A DNA stretch of 64,000 bases. It comes from Terriglobia bacterium (lineage in GTDB: Bacteria > Acidobacteriota > Terriglobia > Acidiferrales > UBA7541). Shown piece after piece: positions 19,724 through 28,902 of this stretch (the first letter of the stretch is position 1; each line of letters opens with the position of its first letter). The stretch covers positions 640,001 to 704,000 of the forward strand of contig OY968796.1 of the NCBI GenBank assembly GCA_963695545.1, given 5' to 3'. The notes beneath the pieces were generated by a model. It worked only from the letters and a program-made list of their open reading frames with translations, was not told the origin of the DNA and searched no databases. The position numbers were made by a program, and so were the translations under genes.

Positions 19724-20982
19724 CGCGCGGCTCCCGCGGCGCGCGCGACATTCAGCAGCCGATCCGAGTAGGCCTCGAACGCTTCAAGGCGCGGCGCGAT
19801 GGCTTCAAGCGTTTCCAATCGACCCGCCAGAGCGTCGGTGGTTTTCAGGCCATTGCCCGTGATGCACAGCACGGTGGTTTCTTCCGGGCTGATGCGGCCT
19901 TGCGCGAGCAGCTTTTGCGTGACGGCGGTGGTGACGCCGCCGGCGGTTTCCGTGAAGATGCCTTCGGTTTCCGCGAGCAATTCGATTCCTCCGACGAGAT
20001 CGGAATCGGAAACGTCTTCGGCCCAGCCGCCGCTATTGTTAATCGTGCGAATGGCGTAAAAGCCGTCGGCCGGATTGCCGATGGCGATCGAGCGCGCGAT
20101 CGTGGAGGGCTTCTGCGGCGTGAAGCGCTCCTGTTTATCTTTCACGGCGGTGGTGATCGGCGAGCAGCCCGTGGCTTGCGCGCCGAAAAAGCGCACCGGC
20201 TTCGCTTCCACCAGACCAAGCTGAGTGAGCTCGTCGAACGCTTTGCGAATTTTCGTGATCAACGCGCCGCCGGCCATTGGAACCACGACGTTATCGGGCA
20301 GGCGCCAGCCCAACTGCTCGGCGATCTCAAAGCCGACCGTCTTCGAGCCTTCGGCGTAATAAGGCCGCAGATTGACGTTCACGAATCCCCAGCGATTGCG
20401 CTCGGCGATCTGCGTGCACAGGCGATTCACCTGATCGTAATTTCCGGAGATGCGCACCAGATGCGCGCCGTAAATTTGCGTGGCCAAAATTTTCGCGGGC
20501 TCGATATCGGCAGGCACGAAAATCCAGGCCTCGAAGCCGCGGCGCGCGGCTTGCGCGGCCACGGCGTTAGCGAGATTGCCGGTGGAAGAGCAACTGACGA
20601 CGTCAAAACCGAATTGCCGGGCCGCGCTGAGCGCCACGGCCACCACGCGATCTTTGAAAGAAAGCGTGGGGAAGCAGACCGCGTCGTTCTTAACGTAAAG
20701 ATTGCGCGCGCCGAAGCGTTTGCCGAGACCGCGCGCGGGCACCAGCGGCGTAAAGCCGACCGGCAGCGAAGCGGATTCGTCCTCGACAACCGGCAGCAAG
20801 GCGCGATAGCGCCAAATGCTGTGCGGGCCCGCCTCGATCGAAGCTCGGGTCAGATTTTTCTGGATTGTTGCGTAATCGTAGGTGACTTCAAGAGGAGACA
20901 GACATTCGTCGCAGAACGAGCGGGCCTGATTGCCCCAGCGCTTTCCGCACTCACGACATCGCAATTCGTATAATTCAGCCAT
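19720..20982 (-). CDS. thrC: Threonine synthase-like PLP enzyme (possibly an O-phosphohomoserine sulfhydrylase)
   Basis: N-terminal CxxC..CxxC ribbon; PTLSFKDR PLP lysine; SSTGNLA, EGSKT, ITGNGLKT. Family is secure, exact activity is not. Confidence 0.88.
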   Translation of the reverse strand: MAELYELRCRECGKRWGNQARSFCDECLSPLEVTYDYATIQKNLTRASIEAGPHSIWRYRALLPVVEDESASLPVGFTPLVPARGLGKRFGARNLYVKNDAVCFPTLSFKDRVVAVALSAARQFGFDVVSCSSTGNLANAVAAQAARRGFEAWIFVPADIEPAKILATQIYGAHLVRISGNYDQVNRLCTQIAERNRWGFVNVNLRPYYAEGSKTVGFEIAEQLGWRLPDNVVVPMAGGALITKIRKAFDELTQLGLVEAKPVRFFGAQATGCSPITTAVKDKQERFTPQKPSTIARSIAIGNPADGFYAIRTINNSGGWAEDVSDSDLVGGIELLAETEGIFTETAGGVTTAVTQKLLAQGRISPEETTVLCITGNGLKTTDALAGRLETLEAIAPRLEAFEAYSDRLLNVARAAGAAR

Positions 20983-21092
20983 ACTACCCTCCGCCTCGAG
21001 CCCCCAAGCGGCGCCGCCCCAGCCGATTGCGGCGGGGAAACAGCTCCCTATGAGGAAAACCCGATTTCTTGGCGATTTCCGCGGAGAGGACT

Positions 21093-21127
21093 AAAACAAA
21101 AATCCCTCCGCCAAAGTGCTCGGAGGG
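21093..21127 (-). terminator. Intrinsic terminator in the thrC-like leader (riboswitch expression platform)
   Basis: Minus strand CCCTCCG-N10-CGGAGGG followed by ATTTTTGTTTT. Confidence 0.8.
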
Positions 21128-21155
21128 CTCAATCTACTTCGAGTCCACATCCTAG

Positions 21156-21204
21156 CCTTTTAGCAGTTTTTAACGTGGAGCAAGTCGCCTTAAATCGCCA
21201 CGTT
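21156..21204 (-). ncRNA. SAM-II class riboswitch aptamer
   Basis: Minus strand AACGTGG-CGATTTAAGGCGACTTGCT-CCACGTT-AAAAACT-GCTAAAAGG: P1 stem plus the GAUUU, UUGC and GCUAAA hallmarks; located upstream of a sulfur-metabolism operon. Confidence 0.85.
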
Positions 21205-21225
21205 TGGTACGTTTAGTGCAGCCCC

Positions 21226-21254
21226 TTTATCGCACGGATCGGCCCCCGCGTCAA
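21226..21254 (-). promoter_or_regulatory. Putative sigma-70 promoter of the riboswitch/thrC-like operon
   Basis: TTGACG-N17-GATAAA with an upstream TG; would place the start site just before the aptamer. Confidence 0.55.
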
Positions 21255-21376
21255 GCTATTTGCGCGGGAAGACAGCCGCGCCGGAGCCTTCGGGCGCGCC
21301 GTGACAAACGGCGGCAACGGCACTAGAATCAGGCGTTTTCGCACTTGCCCGCGCTGAAAACTGCGGGCTTCGATAT

Positions 21377-22549
21377 ATGACTACGTTCGCGGGCGTGGAT
21401 TTTCTCGAACTCGATTCGGAGCTCAGCGACGAGGAAAAGCTCGTCCGCGGCACGGCGCGACAGTTCGTCGACGACAACGTAGTTCCCATCATCGAAAAGT
21501 ATAATCGCGAGGCGGCATTTCCGCTGCAACTGGTGCCCCAACTGGCCGAGATGGGATTTTTCGGCGCGAACCTTACGGGCTACGGGTGCGCCGGAATGTC
21601 GAACGTGGCGTATGGTCTCGCGATGCAGGAGCTCGAGCGCGGCGATTCCGGGCTGCGCAGCTTCGTTTCGGTGCAGAGCGCGCTCGTGATGTATCCGATC
21701 CACGCGTTCGGCAGCGACGCGCAAAAAGATAAATGGCTGCCGCGGCTGCAGAGCGGCAAAGCCATCGGCTGCTTCGGGCTCACCGAGCCGCAATTCGGCT
21801 CGAACCCGGGCGGGATGCTCGCGCGCGCGGTGCGGCGCGGCGACCGCTACGTGCTGAACGGCGAAAAAATGTGGATCACCAACGGCTCGATCGCCGACGT
21901 GGCCGTGATTTGGGCGAAAACCGAAGACGGCGCCGTGCGCGGATTTCTTGTCGAGCGCGGCACGCCGGGTTTCAGCGCCAAGGACGTGCACGGGAAATGG
22001 TCATTGCGCGCGTCGGTCACTTCGGGGCTCACTCTGATCGATTGCGAAATTCCGGCGGCGAATTTGCTGCCAGGCGCGACCGGCCTTGAAGCGCCGCTCT
22101 CTTGCCTAACGCAAGCGCGCTACGGGATCGGCTGGGGAGTGCTGGGCGCGGCGATGGCGTGTTATCACACTGCGCTCGACTACGCGAAGACGCGCAAGCA
22201 ATTCGCCAATCGCCCGATCGCTTCGCACCAACTCGTGCAGGAAAAATTGGTATGGATGATTACCGAGCTTTCCAAAGCGCAATTGCTCGCGCTGCACTGT
22301 GGCCGGCTGAAAGATAAAGGCCGCGCCGATTTCGCGCAGATTTCGATGCTGAAGATGAACAACGTTTGGATGGCGCTGGAGAGCGCGCGCCGCGCCCGCG
22401 ACATTCTGGGCGCGAACGGCATCGTGGACGATTACTGCATCATGCGACACATGAACAATCTCGAATCGGTCTCGACCTACGAGGGCACGCACGACATTCA
22501 CGCGCTGATTATCGGCGCGCGCATCACTGGCATTCCCGCGTTCGAGTAA
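21377..22549 (+). CDS. Acyl-CoA dehydrogenase, glutaryl-CoA dehydrogenase-like
   Basis: GCFGLTEPQFGSNP, LNGEKMWITNG, ARYGIGWG, NLESVSTYEGTHDIHAL. Confidence 0.93.
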   Translation: MTTFAGVDFLELDSELSDEEKLVRGTARQFVDDNVVPIIEKYNREAAFPLQLVPQLAEMGFFGANLTGYGCAGMSNVAYGLAMQELERGDSGLRSFVSVQSALVMYPIHAFGSDAQKDKWLPRLQSGKAIGCFGLTEPQFGSNPGGMLARAVRRGDRYVLNGEKMWITNGSIADVAVIWAKTEDGAVRGFLVERGTPGFSAKDVHGKWSLRASVTSGLTLIDCEIPAANLLPGATGLEAPLSCLTQARYGIGWGVLGAAMACYHTALDYAKTRKQFANRPIASHQLVQEKLVWMITELSKAQLLALHCGRLKDKGRADFAQISMLKMNNVWMALESARRARDILGANGIVDDYCIMRHMNNLESVSTYEGTHDIHALIIGARITGIPAFE

Positions 22550-22571
22550 GTCTACCGAAAAATTCTGCGCG

Positions 22572-22619
22572 AAAAAAAGAGACGGCTCGCTCTTCCCGAA
22601 GGAAAAGCAGAGCCGTCTC
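22572..22619 (-). terminator. Intrinsic terminator between convergent genes
   Basis: GAGACGGCTC/GAGCCGTCTC stem with an A7 tract on the left (U-tract on the minus strand). Confidence 0.75.
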
Positions 22620-22691
22620 CAAGTTCGTGTTTTGGGCGCGGGCAATCGGTGGCGCGATCGCAAACTTGATCGCGTCCCGCCGCGCAAAACT

Positions 22692-23345
22692 TTAGCGGTG
22701 ATTCGCCGCAGCGGGCGGAGCCGGCCGGCGAATTCCCGTGCCGACCTGCACCGGACGCGGTTGCGGCATAGTGCGCAACTGAGCGGTGCCGCTCGAGACG
22801 TGATCGCCGATCGCCTGTAGCCGCTTGAGAATGGATTGCCACTGTTCCCAATCGAGCTGACGCAGGAACGGCCGCAATCCCTGGATGAACGGATCCTCGA
22901 GCAGCGCTTCCCCGTTCGATTCGGGGATGAAGAAGCGGCTCAAGCCGACGCCCAACGCCTCGGAGATTTTTTCGAGCGTGCCGAGGCTGGGGGTCATCTG
23001 CCCGCTTTCGATCCGCGACAAGTAGGACCGGGAAACCCTGGAGCGCGCCTGGAGCTGGCTTTGCGTCATCCCGCGCGATTCGCGCAACTGCCGGATGCGC
23101 TGCCCGATGTTCTCCACCGTCTCGCGGTTCGGCCACTTCTCGAAGAGCTGGCGGTCGTCACCCGGCAATTCCTGCGGCTCCGGCGGCGGGATGAGATATT
23201 CCAGCCGTGGCGGCAGCAGGCGCAGGCAACGACGACAGTTGCCGACGCGGGTGCGGTACTGCACAAGCCCGCACACTTTGCAGCGGATGACTTCGCGATC
23301 CAATTCGGCTTCTATTGTGCCTTTACTACCATTTTGTTCCGACAC
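22692..23345 (-). CDS. XRE-family HTH regulator with N-terminal Zn ribbon
   Basis: CKVCGLVQYRT...CRRC followed by IGQRIRQLRESRGMTQSQL...SRSYLSRIESGQMTPSLGTLEKI. GTG start at 23345 is a guess. Confidence 0.88.
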   Translation of the reverse strand: MSEQNGSKGTIEAELDREVIRCKVCGLVQYRTRVGNCRRCLRLLPPRLEYLIPPPEPQELPGDDRQLFEKWPNRETVENIGQRIRQLRESRGMTQSQLQARSRVSRSYLSRIESGQMTPSLGTLEKISEALGVGLSRFFIPESNGEALLEDPFIQGLRPFLRQLDWEQWQSILKRLQAIGDHVSSGTAQLRTMPQPRPVQVGTGIRRPAPPAAANHR

Positions 23346-23660
23346 CGGTCCTCGCAGACTATTCCGGCATGCGGATATGAGGAACTCAATACTTCGAAGG
23401 GGAAAGGCAGAAGCTGGCGCGCCGCCAATACTGCCGTGGGCCCGGGATGTTGTCAAGTGGTTTTGTGAAAACTTTTTCGATTCTGTCCACATTGAAACAT
23501 ATTCTCCGTCCGTATGCCTGAGCCTCCGGGTCGCGCGTCGTCAGCATGGCCTTTCTTAGCGGAATGACCACGCGCACGGTCGGCGGCGAACGCTGGTACT
23601 TTCGTTCTATTGGCCGTTCGCGTCCTATATATAAGACTCCTACATGTAGGGAGGCAGCTC

Positions 23661-23993
23661 ATGATCGCGACAGGAATCAAACGCGGCACCGCGGAACTCG
23701 CGGTACTCAGCGTTCTCGGCGACGGGCCGCTGCACGGTTATCAAATGGCGCGGCGCATCGAACAGCAGACGCGCGGCGCGCTTCGCTTCACACTGGCTTC
23801 GCTGTACCCACTGCTTTACCGGATGGAGAAACGCGGGTGGGTGCGCGGCGCATGGGAAACGAGTTCTTCGGGACGACGGCGGCGTTGCTACAGCCTGACT
23901 CCGCAAGGAAAGAAGGAATTGGCGCCGATACGCAAGGAATGGGCGGATTTGTTTCGGGCGTTGCAGTGTCTCGCGGAGGCGCCGCATGCGTGA
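23661..23993 (+). CDS. PadR-family transcriptional regulator
   Basis: LHGYQMARRIE, ASLYPLLYRME, GRRRRCYSLTPQGKKEL; GGAGG RBS. Confidence 0.93.
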   Translation: MIATGIKRGTAELAVLSVLGDGPLHGYQMARRIEQQTRGALRFTLASLYPLLYRMEKRGWVRGAWETSSSGRRRRCYSLTPQGKKELAPIRKEWADLFRALQCLAEAPHA

Positions 23994-24690
23994 TTGGCGC
24001 AAGCTCGTGGGCCGCGAACTTGCAGCGCTCGCGCTTGAATCGCGCGAGCGCGAGGACGTGATCGAGGAACTCGCGGCGCACCTTGAAGACATGTACGAAA
24101 ATTTGTGCGCGCGAGGGCTTGCGGAGGACGACGCGGCGCGATGCTGTGTGGACGAAGTAAACAACTGGCGGGAGCTTCGCCGCAACATTCTGATCGCTCG
24201 AAAGAAGGAAAACGTCATGCCTGACCGCGTCAAGCAATTGTGGTTGCCCTGCCTCTTAACGTTTGGACTTTTCCTGGGATTTAATGCCTTGGCCCCTTTA
24301 CTGATTTTCGGCCATGCGCACCAAATTGTCACCCATAACGGCATGCCACGAATGCTGCCGGCCGCGACGAGATTGATTCCCTGGCTTCTTTCGTGGCCGC
24401 TTGTTGGCGCAATCGGAGCTTTCTTTTCACGGCGCGCCGGCGGGACGTTGCGCGCGATGCTGTCATCCGCCATTTTCCCCGTCGTGCCATTTCTCGTCTT
24501 TTTCGCGGTGGGATTTCCCCTGGCTCTCGATATCCGCGATCCATTTGCCCGCGGTTACATGCTTTCTTCATTCCTTGGCGGGCTAGCCGTGTTCGTGTTG
24601 CTTCCCGCGGCCCTGCTGCTCGGCGGCGGATTGTCATTGCAACTTTTCCTGCCACGACGGCAGAGCAATCCCGGCGCCTTAGCTCAATAG
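23986..24690 (+). CDS. Membrane protein with a permease-prefix-like N-terminal helical domain (PadR partner)
   Basis: REDVIEELAAHLED...GLAEDDA followed by about 4 TM helices; overlaps the padR stop. Confidence 0.75.
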   Translation: MRDWRKLVGRELAALALESREREDVIEELAAHLEDMYENLCARGLAEDDAARCCVDEVNNWRELRRNILIARKKENVMPDRVKQLWLPCLLTFGLFLGFNALAPLLIFGHAHQIVTHNGMPRMLPAATRLIPWLLSWPLVGAIGAFFSRRAGGTLRAMLSSAIFPVVPFLVFFAVGFPLALDIRDPFARGYMLSSFLGGLAVFVLLPAALLLGGGLSLQLFLPRRQSNPGALAQ

Positions 24691-25476
24691 CTTCCGAATC
24701 TCGTCGAGGCGGCGGCAATCTTCGCAGCCTGGCGCGGGCTCGGGAGGATCGGCCAGATCGAAGAGCGCACGGGCGCGCGCGAGCAAATTCCTGATCCCTT
24801 GCGAGCCGTGCAGCGGAACATCTTTGCGGCGCGCGCGAAATTCCAACCACGCGCCGGAGCGATCGCGCGGCGCGGCTGCTCGCGAAGGGACGAGCACTGG
24901 CCCGGGCGCGGCGGGCGGCGCCGGGCCGGCCGCGACGCCAAACGCGGGATCGGTCTGTGGCTCGAAATAGATCAGAGAAAGATTGGTCACGGGGCCATAG
25001 CCCGTGGCTTCGGCGATGTGGGCGTATCCATTCAACTGCACTTCGTACACCGGCATTAGATCGTCCTGCGAGGCGGTGAGGCGCGCGGTTTTGTAATCCA
25101 CGATGTGGGTTGCGCCGTCGGCCATGCGCAGGATGTCGTCGGGCGTGCCGTGCAGGCGGATGCGCGTCTCGGGATCCTCGCGGAAAAAGCGGCTCCAATG
25201 CAGGTCTCTGCTGGGCACAAGCTCCGCGACCTCGCCAACATCGGGAAACCAATCGGGCAGGCGGCCATACAAATCGAAATGATTGCGCACGGCTTTCTTG
25301 GTGAACGAATCGATGGAGCTGAAAATGCCGGGCAAGCCCATCGCGAACGGCAATTTGCCTTCGCAACGCAACGTGATCCAGGCGCAACGCGCGCATGCCG
25401 AATCAAGCGCAATCGCGGCCAGCGTTCTGGGCGAAATGTTAAGAAGCGTCGTCATCTTTGCCGCCCGCTGCGCCAT
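24679..25476 (-). CDS. PD-(D/E)XK nuclease, Cas4/RecB-like
   Basis: HGTPDD...IVDYKT and QLNGY motifs; Cys pairs CARC (N-terminal) and CEDC (C-terminal). Confidence 0.85.
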   Translation of the reverse strand: MAQRAAKMTTLLNISPRTLAAIALDSACARCAWITLRCEGKLPFAMGLPGIFSSIDSFTKKAVRNHFDLYGRLPDWFPDVGEVAELVPSRDLHWSRFFREDPETRIRLHGTPDDILRMADGATHIVDYKTARLTASQDDLMPVYEVQLNGYAHIAEATGYGPVTNLSLIYFEPQTDPAFGVAAGPAPPAAPGPVLVPSRAAAPRDRSGAWLEFRARRKDVPLHGSQGIRNLLARARALFDLADPPEPAPGCEDCRRLDEIRKLLS

Positions 25477-25687
25477 GCGCCCACGATTCGCCTAATGCGC
25501 GCCGCTGGTCAGAAGCCTCGCGCGTGCGGAGCGATCTCGCGTGCGCACATGGGATTGCGCGTCGCGATTACCACGGTGATAGATAGCACGCTTGGACCGA
25601 GCGGCGCCATCGAGAGGAGTGCGGAGGACTTGGCTTAGCGGCGGAACCGCTGATCCCCTCGCCAGTTGCGGATTCGGGTGAAGAGGC

Positions 25688-27067
25688 CTAGTTTTGCGGG
25701 TGAGATGCTTGAGAATTCCCCGACAGCTCCGCGACCACTCGCTCCAACTCGGGGCGGTTGGATACATTGCTGCCCGGTGCGAGCGCTCGTTTGAGCTCGG
25801 CAAGCGCGGCCTGCTTTTGACCAGTTTTGGCATAGGCAAGCCCCAGGTGCGCGGCAACGTCAGGGCTCGATGGGGCAAGAGTCTTGGCCACCTTTAGCGT
25901 GGACACGGCTTGAGAGTATTCACCCCGCTGGTACTGCACCCAACCCAAGGTGTCGCGCCCGTCGGCGTATTTCGGATCGCGCTTGACCGCGAGCTCGGCG
26001 AGGCGCAGAGCCTCATCCAGATCCTTGTCCTGATCCGCAAGGACCCACGCGATGTTGTTGCACGCCACCATGTTGTTGGGATCCGCCTTTAACGCCTGCC
26101 TAAAATCAGCGAGCGCCTGATCTGTGTGGCCTTCTCCCGCTTCGAGTTCCCCGAGACGGAGCGCGGCATCCGTGTTCGCGCCGTTAGCTTCCAAAGCCGC
26201 CTGGTATTGGGCCGCTGCGGAACGCGCGTCGCCTGCGGCGGCGTAGGCATTGCCCAAGATCGTCAACGTGGTCGAGTCGTGCGGGCTCTTGGCGAGCGCA
26301 GCTTGCAGTTGCTGTATCGCTTTTGGGGGCTCGTGATCGGAGAGATAGACATTGGCCAGCACCTGATAGGGCAAAAGGGTCTTGGGGTCCGCGGCCTTCC
26401 ATCCCTCAAGGACGTTCAGCCCATCGGCCTCGCGGTGCATCATCATCAGCGCATTCGCCTGGCCAAGATATCCCGCGGGCAGCTGCGGGGCGACTTCGGT
26501 AATCCCCTTGTACGCAGCAGCCGCGCCGGCGTAATCCTGGGTGGACTGCGCCATCACAGCCAGATAGAGGCGCGGCGTGATGTATTTGGGTTGCAGTTCA
26601 ACCGCGCGGGAAAACTCACGACGGGCCTGGTCAGGGTGCTTCTGCAAAAGTAAGACGACGCCCTTCATGTTGTGCGCCTCAGGCAGGTTATCCTGTCGCT
26701 TGAGCACTTCGTCGACCATGCGGTCCGCCTGGTCAAGCCGCTGTTGGGTGATCGCGATCTGCGCCCGCCCGAGCGTGGCATCGAATTCGCTTGGATCACT
26801 CGCCGCCAACTGCTGGAACAGCGCGTCCGCTTCTTTGAGCTGCCCCTTACCGAGGAGATCGACCGCCTGGTTGTACTTGGCGTTGGTCTCTTGCGTCGGC
26901 AGTGGCTTGAGCGTGTCAGGGATGGTATCGGCGCGCAGCGCGACAGTGGCCCACGAGAAGGCGCCGGCCAATACCAAACACGCGGCGCACGCAGCAAACG
27001 TGTGGCGATTCGGACGATTTGTGATGCGATCCATGATGTACGCCGGACGATTCCAGCCAGGGGACAT
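25688..27067 (-). CDS. Exported tetratricopeptide-repeat protein (PrsT-like)
   Basis: Signal-like segment, serial TPRs, NNIAW...DTLGWVQY...AHLGLAY. Start uncertain (27067 or 27034). Confidence 0.82.
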   Translation of the reverse strand: MSPGWNRPAYIMDRITNRPNRHTFAACAACLVLAGAFSWATVALRADTIPDTLKPLPTQETNAKYNQAVDLLGKGQLKEADALFQQLAASDPSEFDATLGRAQIAITQQRLDQADRMVDEVLKRQDNLPEAHNMKGVVLLLQKHPDQARREFSRAVELQPKYITPRLYLAVMAQSTQDYAGAAAAYKGITEVAPQLPAGYLGQANALMMMHREADGLNVLEGWKAADPKTLLPYQVLANVYLSDHEPPKAIQQLQAALAKSPHDSTTLTILGNAYAAAGDARSAAAQYQAALEANGANTDAALRLGELEAGEGHTDQALADFRQALKADPNNMVACNNIAWVLADQDKDLDEALRLAELAVKRDPKYADGRDTLGWVQYQRGEYSQAVSTLKVAKTLAPSSPDVAAHLGLAYAKTGQKQAALAELKRALAPGSNVSNRPELERVVAELSGNSQASHPQN

Positions 27068-27177
27068 GTTACAGCGACTGATATTCCCGATGGCTCCGAA
27101 AAAAAACTTGGGGCGGCGTAATGTGCAATCTACGCCGCCCCTTGGTGTGTAGCAGCTCACAAGGAGCTGCAGCTAGA

Positions 27178-28302
27178 TTAGGCCGCGTTCGCCACGGTGC
27201 GGAACTTGCGGAGCAAGCCAAGCCCACAGAGACCGATGAGCATGAGGCCGAGCGATCCAGGTTCCGCGCCCGACATCGGCGGCGGCGCATTGAATCCGGC
27301 CAAGCCCTCGACGTCGAACACCTCCAGGAAGATGTTGTCGTCATAGGAGGAGTTTGAAGTGGTCAGGCTGATTGTGTTGCCGGCGAGGGGGTCGATCAGC
27401 GACGAGATATTGTACAGTTCATGATCGGTGTCGCTGTCCGTGTCGCCAATCGGCGTGACCGGATTGGAGTAAGCCGTGTCAATGGAGCCGTCGGAATTCA
27501 GCCCCAGAACACCGGCCGTGATCAGATCGCCGTTGGAGCAGCCTGTGGCGTTGGGTTCGGTTCCGCCATCTTGGCTCTCATCGCAGTTGCCGGCGGCGGA
27601 CGTGAGGGTGCTGCCATCGACCGTGATGGTTGAAGTCTGCTCGTTGTAAGAGCCATCCAAGTCGTAGCTGAACCCATCGCCGATTGACATGAGGACCGTG
27701 TCGCCAGCGGGGTTCGAGGCAAATTCAATACTCGATGTATCGCCGCCGCTGGCTGCTGCACCGTCAAGGATGCCAATCGAGTTCGTGGGCAGCGATGGGT
27801 TGGAGTAGACGACAACCAGCACTTCGCCGTCCTGGTACGCGGTGTCCGATTCGGTTACGGCGAAGTTGTAGACGGTCGATCCGGAAGAGAGGGCGCCTGA
27901 GGGATTAACTTCAGCCGCGACAATCGAGGTCACATTCGCGACACCGGCCTGCAGGTAAGAGGCGTCGGAGTTTGCGATCAAGGCCGTGTACGAGACTGAG
28001 TTGCCGTTGAGCGTGCCGCCGGCGTAGACGCTTGAGAAAACGTCACCGGCGGAATAGCCAGTTGCTTCAAACGTTCCGTTGAACGTTGAGGTGTACAGGT
28101 AGGCAGCGACGACGGTCGATCCATTCGGAACGTCAGCCGTCAGGCCGTCGGGTAGCGTCGATGCAGTTGAACCACCCGCATCAACGGAGACGCCGTCGTC
28201 CCCGGTGAAGGTGTACGCTGTGGTCAGCGTGGCCGACGCCGTTGACGTGTAACCCATCATGATGAGTAGCGCCAGGGCCCCAATCAGAGCTTTAAATCTC
28301 AT
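27178..28302 (-). CDS. PEP-CTERM-like sorted surface protein
   Basis: Signal peptide; Ser/Thr/Asp-rich body; C-terminal AEPGSLGLMLIGLCGLGLLRKFR; GGAGG RBS. Confidence 0.82.
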   Translation of the reverse strand: MRFKALIGALALLIMMGYTSTASATLTTAYTFTGDDGVSVDAGGSTASTLPDGLTADVPNGSTVVAAYLYTSTFNGTFEATGYSAGDVFSSVYAGGTLNGNSVSYTALIANSDASYLQAGVANVTSIVAAEVNPSGALSSGSTVYNFAVTESDTAYQDGEVLVVVYSNPSLPTNSIGILDGAAASGGDTSSIEFASNPAGDTVLMSIGDGFSYDLDGSYNEQTSTITVDGSTLTSAAGNCDESQDGGTEPNATGCSNGDLITAGVLGLNSDGSIDTAYSNPVTPIGDTDSDTDHELYNISSLIDPLAGNTISLTTSNSSYDDNIFLEVFDVEGLAGFNAPPPMSGAEPGSLGLMLIGLCGLGLLRKFRTVANAA

Positions 28303-28384
28303 CGCTTCCTCCAGTCAAAGTGTCGCAGGCGTCGGGGGACGAACAGCACTGCCGATTGAATGCAAGCTTGCCTAGTGACACAGG

Positions 28385-28400
28385 TGCAATCCGGGAACCA
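28385..28400 (-). promoter_or_regulatory. Sigma-54 (-24/-12) promoter
   Basis: Minus strand TGGTTCCCGGATTGCA = GG-N10-GC, about 85 nt upstream of the PEP-CTERM-like start codon. Confidence 0.65.
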
Positions 28401-28902
28401 AAGCGGCACGACGAAAGCTGATGGCGAATGTCAGGCTATCCTCTAGATTGCAAATGATTTGACGATAGGCCGTTACTTCGGCTGTGGAAGGCCGACCGAG
28501 TGCGTATGCAAGTACTTGCAGCATGCGGGAAGGTCGGTGGAACATTAATGTTGTGCGGGCTTCTCGCCGCCAGACGCCGGAATCGCGCAGCGGCCCGACC
28601 ATCATGGAGGAATCCGGCCGGACCCTGAGGATCCGGGAGTCGGTTGCCAGCGGCGTGGGGGTCTGTTGGGGGCGATCGCGGGGGCCCGAATATTGCCATA
28701 TTCTTCGTCGTACTTCATCCGCCGCAGCCGCGCCACGCCTTCTACCCTCTTGCCAAAAAGCGGCACGAACCCGAGCGACGTGGGCAGACAGAGCGCAGAG
28801 TCGGTTAGACGCGCGGCGATCCGATTGAGAGCAGAGGTTTGTGGGTAAGCCCGTCAAAGTCATGTAGAATCCCGCTGGCATCGTGGAAAAAGGAGAACAA
28901 GC

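Noticed and set aside
24679..25690. Possible CRISPR-Cas locus around the Cas4-like gene
   Set aside because: No repeat-spacer array and no cas1, cas2 or effector genes in the window.
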